Below are positions 1-8,050 of a stretch of 64,000 nucleotides of DNA, in pieces. Position numbers and translations under genes: made by a program. The stretch spans positions 1,294 to 65,293 of the forward strand of contig DAHVRZ010000003.1 in NCBI GenBank assembly GCA_027324805.1, written 5' to 3'. The stretch is from Candidatus Parcubacteria bacterium. Its GTDB lineage: Bacteria; Patescibacteriota; Minisyncoccia; UBA6257; 2-01-FULL-56-20. Numbering within the stretch: the first letter of the stretch is position 1; every line of letters starts with the position of its first letter. The notes under the pieces are model-generated. The model was given only the letters and a program-made list of their open reading frames with translations, did not search any database and was not told where the DNA came from.

Positions 1-162
1 CCTACCGGTACCGTACTTGCGGCAAACGGAGGAAATTATAATACATGGAATGGATATCTGGTGTCGAATTATTCGCTTCCCTCAACCGGAACATATACGT
101 TAAATCTTGTTCCAGTATATCCTTATACGGGAACTGCCGAAGTATATCTCACGAGCCCTTAG
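1..162 (+). CDS. 3' end of an upstream gene; hypothetical Thr/Tyr/Asn-rich C-terminus (...TGTAEVYLTSP*)
   Basis: Open frame runs from the window edge to TAG at 160-162. The AT-rich intergenic region that follows fits a gene end. Confidence 0.3.
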   Translation, partial: PTGTVLAANGGNYNTWNGYLVSNYSLPSTGTYTLNLVPVYPYTGTAEVYLTSP

Positions 163-281
163 TGTAAAAATCATTAAAATAAGAAATTGTTTATTTTTTG
201 ATTTTATCGATAATAATGAAGTTTGGAACGTATTCTTATTGGAAAAGCAGAAGATATATTTAAATACCGGCTCAGAGCGAC

Positions 282-1004
282 ATTAATGGATTCCGACGCA
301 ATGCTTTCACTCTCATCGAGCTTTTCGTGATAATCGCGATTATCGCAGTCCTTGCGGTCGCAGTGGTGCTCGTCCTCAATCCCGCTCTCCGAGCGGCGGC
401 GAGGAAGGGACTCGCGGGCGATTCCCCCCAGGGTCCACAGAAGGATTACATTGACCTTTTAAGTGTCTGTGATATTTTGGCAATAGGTCTTCCGACCTAT
501 AAGGAGGGGATTATGGGCAATCCGACCTATGGAGGTCTTGTACGGATCCAATCGCTTTTCGAAGGGTCACAATTTCCACTGCCCGACTTCCGGGTGGGGA
601 TCGACAAGGGACCGAAGCCGTTGTACGGGTGTGGTCTTCCGATGGAACATTACTTTACGAAGGGAGAACCCTCCGACCTTTCACTGCGTGCCGATGAAAG
701 CGCGCACGAAGAGGTTGATGGCGTTGCTCTATGCTGCCTTGAGGGTGGCTATGGACTCCGTTTCATTCGAGAGGTGTTCCAGCAGGCGTGTCCGCTCAAT
801 GTTGACCTTTCGCTTCCGGTCAGGGCGTCGGGCGTCAGCGTCACAATGGAAGCATACGGCGACCCCGATTTCGTGGGGTATGTGTACCTCCATTACAACA
901 AGCTTCGGGATGTTGGGCGGTACGGAGTGTCGGACCCGTCGTTCCTTGATAGGGTCAAAATGTCCATCGTGCCGTGGTGGTATGCATTCCCCGAGGCGGC
1001 ATGA
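282..1004 (+). CDS. Type IV pilin / pseudopilin-like protein with a class III (prepilin) N-terminus; non-canonical start
   Basis: In-frame translation upstream of the ORF-track start (GTG 327) reads INGFRRNAFTLIELFVIIAIIAVLAVAVVLVLNP. This is the prepilin-peptidase motif [GA]-F-T-L-I-E followed by a hydrophobic helix. There is no in-frame ATG between the stop at 261 and 327; ATT at 282 or GTG at 327 are the possible starts. An AT-rich promoter-like region lies at 170-280. Confidence 0.45.
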   Translation: MNGFRRNAFTLIELFVIIAIIAVLAVAVVLVLNPALRAAARKGLAGDSPQGPQKDYIDLLSVCDILAIGLPTYKEGIMGNPTYGGLVRIQSLFEGSQFPLPDFRVGIDKGPKPLYGCGLPMEHYFTKGEPSDLSLRADESAHEEVDGVALCCLEGGYGLRFIREVFQQACPLNVDLSLPVRASGVSVTMEAYGDPDFVGYVYLHYNKLRDVGRYGVSDPSFLDRVKMSIVPWWYAFPEAA

Positions 1005-1114
1005 GGGTCGGTTCTATGGGGTCAGGGCGTGTCTTCGAGTGACACGCCTTTTCTATTTCACTGTCCACTGCGGCATCTTGAATTTGTTTCCGGCTTCTGA
1101 TAAGATTCTTTCCT

Positions 1115-2368
1115 ATGAGGCGCCACCCAGGCCTTTTTCTTTCCATCATCGTCATCGTCGCTGTTGCGGCGGGATTTTTTGTATGGCCGAAGGGGATAGG
1201 GCAGAAGGTCCTTCCCTGGAAGGAGGGCCTCGACCTTGTCGGCGGGAGTCATCTCGTGTATCAGATTGATCTTTCGAATGTATCATCCACTGACCAGGCT
1301 TCGGTAATCGCCGGCCTCCGTGACGTCATCGAAAAGCGCATAAACCTTTTTGGCGTCAGCGAGCCGAATATCTACACGACGCAGGCGGGTAACCAGGCCC
1401 AGCTTGTGGTGGAACTTGCGGGTGTGAAGGATCTTTCCCAGGCGATCAGCGAGATCGGCCAGACGCCATTCCTGCAATTTGAGGACGTTCAGACGAACGG
1501 TTCGAGTACGCAGTATATTCCGACGAATCTTACGGGTCAGTATGTGACGGGGGCAACCCTTTCTTTTGACGCGACGACGAATGCACCCCAGGTGGACATC
1601 AATTTCAACGGTGAAGGCGCTCAGATATTCGACGAAATGACGAAGGCGGATGTCGGTAAGCAGATTGCGATCTTCCTCGACGGCCAGCTCCTCGAGGCGC
1701 CGGTGGTCCAACAGGAGATCTCGGGCGGTAAGGCGACGATCAGCGGCAACTTCACCATCGCGACTGCTCAGCAGTTCGTCCAGCAGTTCAATGCGGGTGC
1801 ACTTCCGGCGCCGATCACGCTCATCAGCCAGCAGACGATAAGCCCGACGCTCGGTTCGAATTCCCTGAAGGGTGTGCTCGTTGCCGGTCTCATCGGTACG
1901 CTTCTTGTCATGCTCTTCATGATCTTCTATTACCGGCTCTTCGGCCTTTTCGCCGCGATCGCGCTCGTTATCTATGTGGCGCTCACCCTCGGCATCTTCA
2001 AGCTTTTTGGCATAACAATGACCCTCGCCGGCCTCGCGGGTTTCATACTGACCATTGGTATGGCGGTGGACGCGAACGTCCTTATTTTTGAACGCATCAA
2101 GGAGGAGCTTAAACGCGGCCTGCCACGCGTCTCCGCTGTCGAAGAAGGATTCCGCCGCGCATGGCCTTCCATCCGCGATTCGAACGCATCAACGATCATC
2201 ACCGCAATCATTCTCTATTACTTTACTTCGAGCTTCGTCCGGGGCTTCGCCCTCACGCTCCTTATCGGTGTTGTAGTGAGCCTCTTCAGCGCCATAACGA
2301 CAACGCGGCTCTTCCTCCGTCTTTTTGTGAAGGATAAACCCGCTTCGGCGAAACAAGCCACAGCATAA
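1115..2368 (+). CDS. secD: Protein-export membrane protein SecD
   Basis: N-terminal TM helix, periplasmic domain, then C-terminal 6-TM region with SecD/SecF signature segments (GLDLVGGSHLVYQ..., MAVDANVLIFERIKEE). Lies directly upstream of secF. Confidence 0.9.
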   Translation: MRRHPGLFLSIIVIVAVAAGFFVWPKGIGQKVLPWKEGLDLVGGSHLVYQIDLSNVSSTDQASVIAGLRDVIEKRINLFGVSEPNIYTTQAGNQAQLVVELAGVKDLSQAISEIGQTPFLQFEDVQTNGSSTQYIPTNLTGQYVTGATLSFDATTNAPQVDINFNGEGAQIFDEMTKADVGKQIAIFLDGQLLEAPVVQQEISGGKATISGNFTIATAQQFVQQFNAGALPAPITLISQQTISPTLGSNSLKGVLVAGLIGTLLVMLFMIFYYRLFGLFAAIALVIYVALTLGIFKLFGITMTLAGLAGFILTIGMAVDANVLIFERIKEELKRGLPRVSAVEEGFRRAWPSIRDSNASTIITAIILYYFTSSFVRGFALTLLIGVVVSLFSAITTTRLFLRLFVKDKPASAKQATA

Positions 2369-2372
2369 TCCT

Positions 2373-3278
2373 ATGAACATCGTCGGACATAAAAAAATCT
2401 GGTTTGCCATCTCCATTCTGCTCGTCGGCGCAGCCCTTGTTTCTGTTGCACTTTTCCGGTTCAACCTGGGTACCGAATTTACGGGCGGTACGCTTTGGGA
2501 GTTTTCCGTTCCAGGGCAGAGCCTTTCGCTGTCCGATGTGCAGAACGAATTCGTAAACGGTCTCAAGATCGCCGATGCGAACGTTGCCTACGATTCAACA
2601 AGCCACTCCTTCCTCGTGACATTCGGCACGCTTAATGAGGTGGGCCACCAGGCAGATCTTTCGTCGCTCAAATCCGTATGGCCGTCGTTTACGGAACTGA
2701 GCTTCCAGTCCATCAGCCCGTCGGTCGGGGCAAATCTGTTGCAGAGTTCCATTATCGCAATCATTCTGGTGCTCCTTGGTATTTCGCTTTATATCGCTTT
2801 CGCATTCCGCAAGGCATCCCGTCCGATTAGTTCGTGGAAATATGGCTGGATAACCCTCCTCACCCTGTTCCATGACGTTTCCATTCCCGCCGGCATGCTC
2901 GCCCTTCTTGGACATTTCGGAGGGATCCAGATAACGAGTAACATCATCGTGGCGCTCCTTGTTGTCATGGGCTTTTCGGTTCACGATACGATCGTCGTAT
3001 TCGATCGCATCCGTGAGAATATCCTCAATTACCGCGGTAAGGAATCGTTCCCGAAGATCGTGAACGACAGTGTGAACCAAACGCTCGCGCGTTCGATCAA
3101 CACATCCTTTACGCTCATCCTTGTGCTTCTCGCGCTCTATTTTGTCGGCCCTGCCGATCTGCAGTATTTCGTACTCACGCTTCTTGTCGGCGTGGTTACC
3201 GGTATCTACTCCTCCATCTTTATTGCAAGCCCGGCGCTCGTCGTGATCAGTCCCAAGGAAGCAAAGAAGGGGATATAG
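2373..3278 (+). CDS. secF: Protein-export membrane protein SecF
   Basis: Translation contains a SecF-type TM bundle (HDVSIPAGMLALLGHFGG, VVMGFSVHDTIVVFDRIREN). Adjacent to secD. Confidence 0.9.
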   Translation: MNIVGHKKIWFAISILLVGAALVSVALFRFNLGTEFTGGTLWEFSVPGQSLSLSDVQNEFVNGLKIADANVAYDSTSHSFLVTFGTLNEVGHQADLSSLKSVWPSFTELSFQSISPSVGANLLQSSIIAIILVLLGISLYIAFAFRKASRPISSWKYGWITLLTLFHDVSIPAGMLALLGHFGGIQITSNIIVALLVVMGFSVHDTIVVFDRIRENILNYRGKESFPKIVNDSVNQTLARSINTSFTLILVLLALYFVGPADLQYFVLTLLVGVVTGIYSSIFIASPALVVISPKEAKKGI

Positions 3279-3311
3279 GGATTTTCGGAAGGGCGGACGC
3301 CGTGAAATTGC

Positions 3312-3340
3312 TTGACTTATATAGAAAACTTCCCTATAAT
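3312..3340 (+). promoter_or_regulatory. Sigma70-like promoter: TTGACT, 17 nt spacer, TATAAT
   Basis: Near-consensus -35 TTGACT (3312-3317) and -10 TATAAT (3335-3340) with a 17-nt spacer, about 30 nt upstream of the 3370 start codon. Confidence 0.5.
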
Positions 3341-3369
3341 AGAAAAACATATAAGAGAATAGCATAACC

Positions 3370-4407
3370 ATGGCGTCCATAACGAAGCTCGTAAACACCG
3401 CGGTTGCAGGACTTAACCCCCGTCAAAAGGAGGTTATTTATGCCCGTTTCGGAATCGACAATGTTTCAGGGAAAGGCGGACAGACGTTAGCGGCGATCGG
3501 CGAGAAGCTCCATGTGACCCGCGAGCGCGTGCGCCAAATCGAGAACGGTGCCATTGTCGTTATTAAGCGCAATATCGGGCGTAGCCCCGAATTGGAGGCT
3601 GCGTTGTCCAAAATCGCAAAATTCATCGCCGGTAAAGGAGGTGTTGCGAAGAAGTCCGAGGTGGTTCGCTATGCGGCGACCATCGCCACGGGTGCCAAGG
3701 AAAACCATATCGACTTCCTCGCCGACGCTTCGGGTGTGTTTCATCTCTATCGCGAGGACGACGCGTTCCACCCTTTCTATTATGTCACCGAAAAAGATCT
3801 CAAGAATGTCCGCACGTTCGTTGAGGGATGGGTTGCATTCCTGAAGAACCGGAGGGATAAGGTCTTTGCCGAATCCTACGAGGTCCAACTCGCCGGCTTC
3901 ATGAAGACGAAGGCCATCGAGGGAGAGATCGCGGAAAATTACCTTTCTGTTTCAAAGCATATCCACAAGAACCCGTACGGGGACACCGGCCTCCGCGAAT
4001 GGCCCGAGATCAGTCCGTCGACGGTGCGCGACAAAATTTATCTTGTACTCAAAAAGAACGGTGAGCCGCTCCATTTCGAGGATATTGCGCGGCACATTAA
4101 TCTTGCGAAGTTCGATACCGAAAAGGCGCTTGCCCCTACGGTTCATAACGAACTTATAAAAGATAACCGCTTCGTGCTCGTTGGCCGCGGCCTTTACGGC
4201 CTGAAGGAGCACGGTTATGAACCGGGTACCGCGCGCGAAGTGATCGCGAAGATACTCAAGGGTAAAGGCGCTATGAACACCGCCGAGGTGATGGATGCGG
4301 TTAACAAGCAGCGCTTCTTCAAGCCGAACACGATCCTCATCAACCTCCAAAACCGGAACTTCTTCGAACGCATGCCGGACGGCAAGTATCGGGTCCGCGA
4401 ATCCTAA
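3370..4407 (+). CDS. Sigma-70 region-4-like HTH protein with a ~270 aa C-terminal domain of unknown function
   Basis: N-terminus has LNPRQKEVIYARFG...TLAAIGEKLHVTRERVRQIENGAI. This matches the sigma-70 region 4 / -35-binding HTH consensus (TLEEIG..xVTRERIRQIE). No sigma region 2 is present. Confidence 0.7.
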   Translation: MASITKLVNTAVAGLNPRQKEVIYARFGIDNVSGKGGQTLAAIGEKLHVTRERVRQIENGAIVVIKRNIGRSPELEAALSKIAKFIAGKGGVAKKSEVVRYAATIATGAKENHIDFLADASGVFHLYREDDAFHPFYYVTEKDLKNVRTFVEGWVAFLKNRRDKVFAESYEVQLAGFMKTKAIEGEIAENYLSVSKHIHKNPYGDTGLREWPEISPSTVRDKIYLVLKKNGEPLHFEDIARHINLAKFDTEKALAPTVHNELIKDNRFVLVGRGLYGLKEHGYEPGTAREVIAKILKGKGAMNTAEVMDAVNKQRFFKPNTILINLQNRNFFERMPDGKYRVRES

Positions 4408-4418
4408 TAAACAGCCCT

Positions 4419-4438
4419 ATCCGCGCTCCGGCGCGGAT
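4419..4438 (+). terminator. Hairpin (ATCCGCGC-TCCG-GCGCGGAT) after the sigma-like gene
   Basis: Perfect 8-bp inverted repeat with a 4-nt loop, 12 nt after the stop codon. No clear T-run follows; the next bases form TGTTATAAT, an extended -10-like element. Confidence 0.35.
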
Positions 4439-4458
4439 ATCTGTTATAATTGCAGTAT

Positions 4459-5811
4459 ATGGATATAGTTTGGGGCATTCTGAGCGGTGCGGGAACCGTC
4501 CTTTATTACACCTGGTGGCTCTGGGTCTTTATCATTGCGGGACCGCTTTTTGTGGAGGTGTGGCTTTTTTGGAAACAGGAAACTTTCAAACATGATATCG
4601 ATTGGGTGCTCCTTGAACTTCGGATGCCGCGCGAGGTGCGCAAAAGTCCGATGGCAATGGAGCAGGTGCTCGCAGCATTGCATTCCCTTAGGAATGCGCC
4701 GGGCGACTTCCAGGAAAAATATTTGAATGGTGAGATAACGCGATGGTTCTCGCTCGAACTGGTAAGTCTTGGCGGTGAGGTTCACTTTTATATTCGTGCA
4801 CCGCGGGGACAAAAAGACCTCGTTGAGGCCGCATTTTTCTCATATTATTCCGACGTCGAGCTTGCGGAGGTGGATGATTATGTGAGCAATCTCCCGGAAA
4901 GTATGAATGAACTTTATGAAGGAGGATATGAGCTTTGGGGGACGGAGCTTGTCCTCGCCAAAAACGAGGCATATCCTATCAAAAGCTATCTTGACTTTGA
5001 AGCACCCGAGGAGGAAAAACAGTACGATCCCATTTCAATGTTTCTCGAGGTGCTCGGCAAGGCAAAGCGGGAGGAGTTCGTTGGCATCCAGTTCGAGATC
5101 GCGCCGGCAGGCGACGAATGGAAAACGCATGGCCAGCATGTGGTCGAGGAGCTTCGTTCGAAAAAAGAAGGCGGAGGACGCGGACCGGGCGCGAGTATGG
5201 GCATCGAATTCCCGCACATCCTTCCCACCTTTCCCGTCGAAAAGCACGACGGTAAAGAAGACAGTGCTATTTCGAAAATGTTTCTCCGAACTCCGGGCGA
5301 GACCGATGTATTGAAAGCGGTCGAAGAGAACCTTTCAAAGCCGGGATTCGAGACCGTAGTCCGTTTTGTCTACACCTCGCCCAAAGAGCTTTATGCCGAC
5401 ACGTTTGCCCGTCGCGGCGTCATCGGCGCTTTCAATCAATATGCTTCTAACGACCTCAATTCGTTCAAGCAGAACGAGTATATGAGTACAAGGGCGAAGG
5501 CATGGAAGTGGCCGCATATGTTTCCATCGCGTCGCGTGTATCTTCGTCGCGAGCGGATTCTGGAATACTATCGTCACCGCGAGATCCCACCGCACGTGGG
5601 CATCGGAAAGCATTTCCTCGGGAGGTTTATGAACGGCGAACATTCAGAGCACTTCATCATGACGACCCGGTCGCTTGCGACACTGTTCCACCCGCCGACC
5701 TATCTCGTGCTTACCGCGCCGCACGTCCGCCGCATCGAAAGCCGCAAGGCGGGTCCGCCGGCCGGTCTCCCGATCTATGGCGCCGAGGAAACTATCGAAA
5801 AATTCCGATGA
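4459..5811 (+). CDS. Hypothetical membrane-anchored protein (2 N-terminal TM helices plus ~400 aa soluble domain)
   Basis: Long ORF. ATG at 4459 (MDIVWGILSGAGTVLYYTWWLWVFIIAGPLFVEVWLFW) is preferred over the ORF-track TTG at 4450. Its stop overlaps the next start (ATGA at 5808-5811). Confidence 0.6.
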   Translation: MDIVWGILSGAGTVLYYTWWLWVFIIAGPLFVEVWLFWKQETFKHDIDWVLLELRMPREVRKSPMAMEQVLAALHSLRNAPGDFQEKYLNGEITRWFSLELVSLGGEVHFYIRAPRGQKDLVEAAFFSYYSDVELAEVDDYVSNLPESMNELYEGGYELWGTELVLAKNEAYPIKSYLDFEAPEEEKQYDPISMFLEVLGKAKREEFVGIQFEIAPAGDEWKTHGQHVVEELRSKKEGGGRGPGASMGIEFPHILPTFPVEKHDGKEDSAISKMFLRTPGETDVLKAVEENLSKPGFETVVRFVYTSPKELYADTFARRGVIGAFNQYASNDLNSFKQNEYMSTRAKAWKWPHMFPSRRVYLRRERILEYYRHREIPPHVGIGKHFLGRFMNGEHSEHFIMTTRSLATLFHPPTYLVLTAPHVRRIESRKAGPPAGLPIYGAEETIEKFR

Positions 5812-6341
5812 TACCCGCACCTCCTTCCTCATTTCCGACGACGTTCTGGGGCATCTACGATTTTGTCGGGGCGATGTTTATTATGGCCGACATCGTGCTC
5901 ATTATAGGACTCGCGTATTCAGTGGCGCGATCATGGCGATTCCGACCCGGTTTCCATGCCAGCGCGGCGCATGAACACAAAGGACCAAGCAAAGCGCCTC
6001 ACAAGCCGACGATGCACGATATCGTTATGCGTGAACGCTGGCAGTCGATCGTCCATAAATTCCACACCGGCACGCCTGAAGCGTCGCGTCTCGCAATCAT
6101 CGAGGCCGATTCGCTTGTGGATACTGCACTTAAGAACATGCGGATCGAAGGAGAGCATCTCGCCGACCGGCTTTCGAATCTTGAGGATGAGGATATTAAA
6201 TCCATGCAGAAGGTCTGGCGTGCACACCGCGTGCGCAATGACCTTGTGCACACGTCGGGATTCGCCATTGCGCCGCATGATGCGGAGCGGACCATGCAGG
6301 ATTACGAAGCGTTTCTGCGGGAAATAAACGTGATCGAATAA
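5808..6341 (+). CDS. Small single-pass membrane protein (178 aa) with a possible HEPN-like Rx4H motif
   Basis: Internal ATG at 5808 overlaps the upstream stop. The ORF-track extension to 5502 lies out of context inside the previous gene. TM helix FWGIYDFVGAMFIMADIVLIIGLAYSV. C-terminal region contains WRAHRVRNDLVHTSG. Confidence 0.55.
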   Translation: MIPAPPSSFPTTFWGIYDFVGAMFIMADIVLIIGLAYSVARSWRFRPGFHASAAHEHKGPSKAPHKPTMHDIVMRERWQSIVHKFHTGTPEASRLAIIEADSLVDTALKNMRIEGEHLADRLSNLEDEDIKSMQKVWRAHRVRNDLVHTSGFAIAPHDAERTMQDYEAFLREINVIE

Positions 6342-6345
6342 CGTC

Positions 6346-7827
6346 ATGCCGAAACCGGGAAAGATCCAGATCATCAAATATGCGCCGCCGCCGCCGGAGC
6401 TTCCGATATACGGACAGGTGGACCCTGCAGAGGCTTCGTTCATTGGCCGTACGAACTACGTTGCCGCGCTCGAGGAAAAGAAGTTTGTGTTTGGCATCAA
6501 ACGCGGGGATCGCAGGCGTCATCTTTATATTATCGGGAAGAGCGGGGTGGGCAAGTCGAAACTGCTCGAACTCCTGATCCGCCAGGACATCGGTTACGGC
6601 TACGGGCTTTGCCTCATGGACCCGCATGGCGACGTGATCGACGCGATCCTCGATTTTATTCCCGAAGACCGGATAAAGGACGTTGTGATCATCGATCCAA
6701 CCGATCTCGATCATCCGGCATCCTTCAATCCACTCCAGAACATCGATCCCAGTTTCAAGCATCAGCTTGCGCAAGGACTCATCGAGGTGATGGAAAAGCA
6801 GTTCGGGGCCAACTGGACCCCGCGCCTCGAGCACGTGTTTCGTTTCACCGTCCTCGCACTCCTTGATTATCCGCACGCGACGATGCGCGGCATGATTTCC
6901 ATGCTTACCGACCGAAATTACCGCCAGAAGGTCGTCGAATATATCGACGACGACATGGTGAAGCGCTTCTGGGCGATCGAATTCGCGGATTGGTCCGAGA
7001 AGTTCGATACCGATGCGATCATCCCTCTCGTGAACAAGCTCGGTCAGTTTTTGTCCGACCCGCTCCTACGTAATATCTTCGGGCAGAAGGAGAACAAGAT
7101 AAACCTCGAGGAGTTGATGAATCAAAAAAAGATCATTCTCATCAATCTCTCGAAGGGGCGTCTCGGCGAGGAGAACGCATCGTTTCTTGGTGCGATGTTC
7201 ATCACGAAGATCAAGCAGGCCGGCATGGCGCGCGCGGCGATCCCACAGAAGGATCGGCACGATTTCTATCTTTATGTGGACGAGTTCCATAATCTCGTGA
7301 CCGAAACGTTCGAGAACATTCTTTCCGAGGCGCGCAAATATGGTCTATGCCTTACGGTTGCGCACCAATATATGGGCCAGCTCATCCCGCGCGTTCAGAT
7401 GGCTGTGCTCGGCAACGTCGGCAGTATTATCGTATTCCGCGTCGGAGGCGAGGACGCCGTGCATCTTAAGCCGGAGATGGCCCCGATCTTCGACGTAAAG
7501 GATATGATCAACCTCGGCATGCAAGAGTTTTATATCAAGATGATGATCGATGGCGAAAGCTACGATCCCTTCTCGGCCGAGACGCTCAAGGTGCTCGAAC
7601 CGCCGCACCGTTCGTTCCGCAAGGAGATCATCGAGGAATCGCGGCGGAGGTATACCATTTCCGCCGATGCCGCAAAAAAACTCATTCAGGAAGAGGAGGC
7701 GGGTATCCTGCGGAGCGCCCAGGAAAAAAGCATTATCACGGGCGGCCGCGGGACCCACGGAAACCTTTCGGGCATGGGCTCTTCCGATAATAACGGCATT
7801 GACCAACCTCCCGAGCCGTTGATATGA
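6346..7827 (+). CDS. VirD4/TraG-like (type IV coupling protein-like) P-loop ATPase, HerA/FtsK superfamily, soluble
   Basis: Walker A IIGKSGVGKSK followed by the HerA/DUF87-type CLMDPHGD motif. Walker B LYVDEFHN. TraG-D_C-like C-terminal segment (AHQYMGQL...GNVGSIIVFRVGG). No TM helix. Starts 4 nt after the upstream gene. Confidence 0.8.
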   Translation: MPKPGKIQIIKYAPPPPELPIYGQVDPAEASFIGRTNYVAALEEKKFVFGIKRGDRRRHLYIIGKSGVGKSKLLELLIRQDIGYGYGLCLMDPHGDVIDAILDFIPEDRIKDVVIIDPTDLDHPASFNPLQNIDPSFKHQLAQGLIEVMEKQFGANWTPRLEHVFRFTVLALLDYPHATMRGMISMLTDRNYRQKVVEYIDDDMVKRFWAIEFADWSEKFDTDAIIPLVNKLGQFLSDPLLRNIFGQKENKINLEELMNQKKIILINLSKGRLGEENASFLGAMFITKIKQAGMARAAIPQKDRHDFYLYVDEFHNLVTETFENILSEARKYGLCLTVAHQYMGQLIPRVQMAVLGNVGSIIVFRVGGEDAVHLKPEMAPIFDVKDMINLGMQEFYIKMMIDGESYDPFSAETLKVLEPPHRSFRKEIIEESRRRYTISADAAKKLIQEEEAGILRSAQEKSIITGGRGTHGNLSGMGSSDNNGIDQPPEPLI

Positions 7828-7858
7828 TATAGTCATAAACCTTTAACGCACCAAGAGC

Positions 7859-8050
7859 ATGTTCGTTCCCTGGTGGATCATCATTCTTGTGGGACTTCTA
7901 CTTGTCTATTTGGTGCTTATGAATGCGCATCTTCACAAGCGCGTGCGGAAACTCGAATCCGTCGTCCGTCGTCTCGAAGGTGTGAGCGAGGAGGAGGTCA
8001 AGAAGCAGATCAAGGAGCGGATGACGCAATACGATGCCGGAGGGGATTAA
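7859..8050 (+). CDS. Small membrane protein (63 aa; TM helix plus charged coiled-coil tail)
   Basis: MFVPWWIIILVGLLLVYLVLM followed by a K/E/R-rich segment. Its 3' end overlaps the start of paralog 1. Confidence 0.45.
   Translation: MFVPWWIIILVGLLLVYLVLMNAHLHKRVRKLESVVRRLEGVSEEEVKKQIKERMTQYDAGGD

Noticed and set aside
529-1269. 246-aa ORF in an alternative frame overlapping the pilin-like gene and the secD start
   Set aside because: Arg/Ser/Cys-rich, low-complexity translation typical of an out-of-frame read of GC-rich coding DNA. The overlapping pilin-like frame has a recognisable motif.
2595-3398. 267-aa minus-strand ORF antisense to secF
   Set aside because: It is antisense to a well-supported SecF frame. 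The translation is low-complexity and charged.
5502-5807. Upstream extension of the 178-aa membrane protein ORF (ORF-track start at 5502)
   Set aside because: It lies entirely inside the 3' end of the 453-aa gene in another frame. The internal ATG at 5808 overlaps that gene's stop (ATGA), which is the more parsimonious start.
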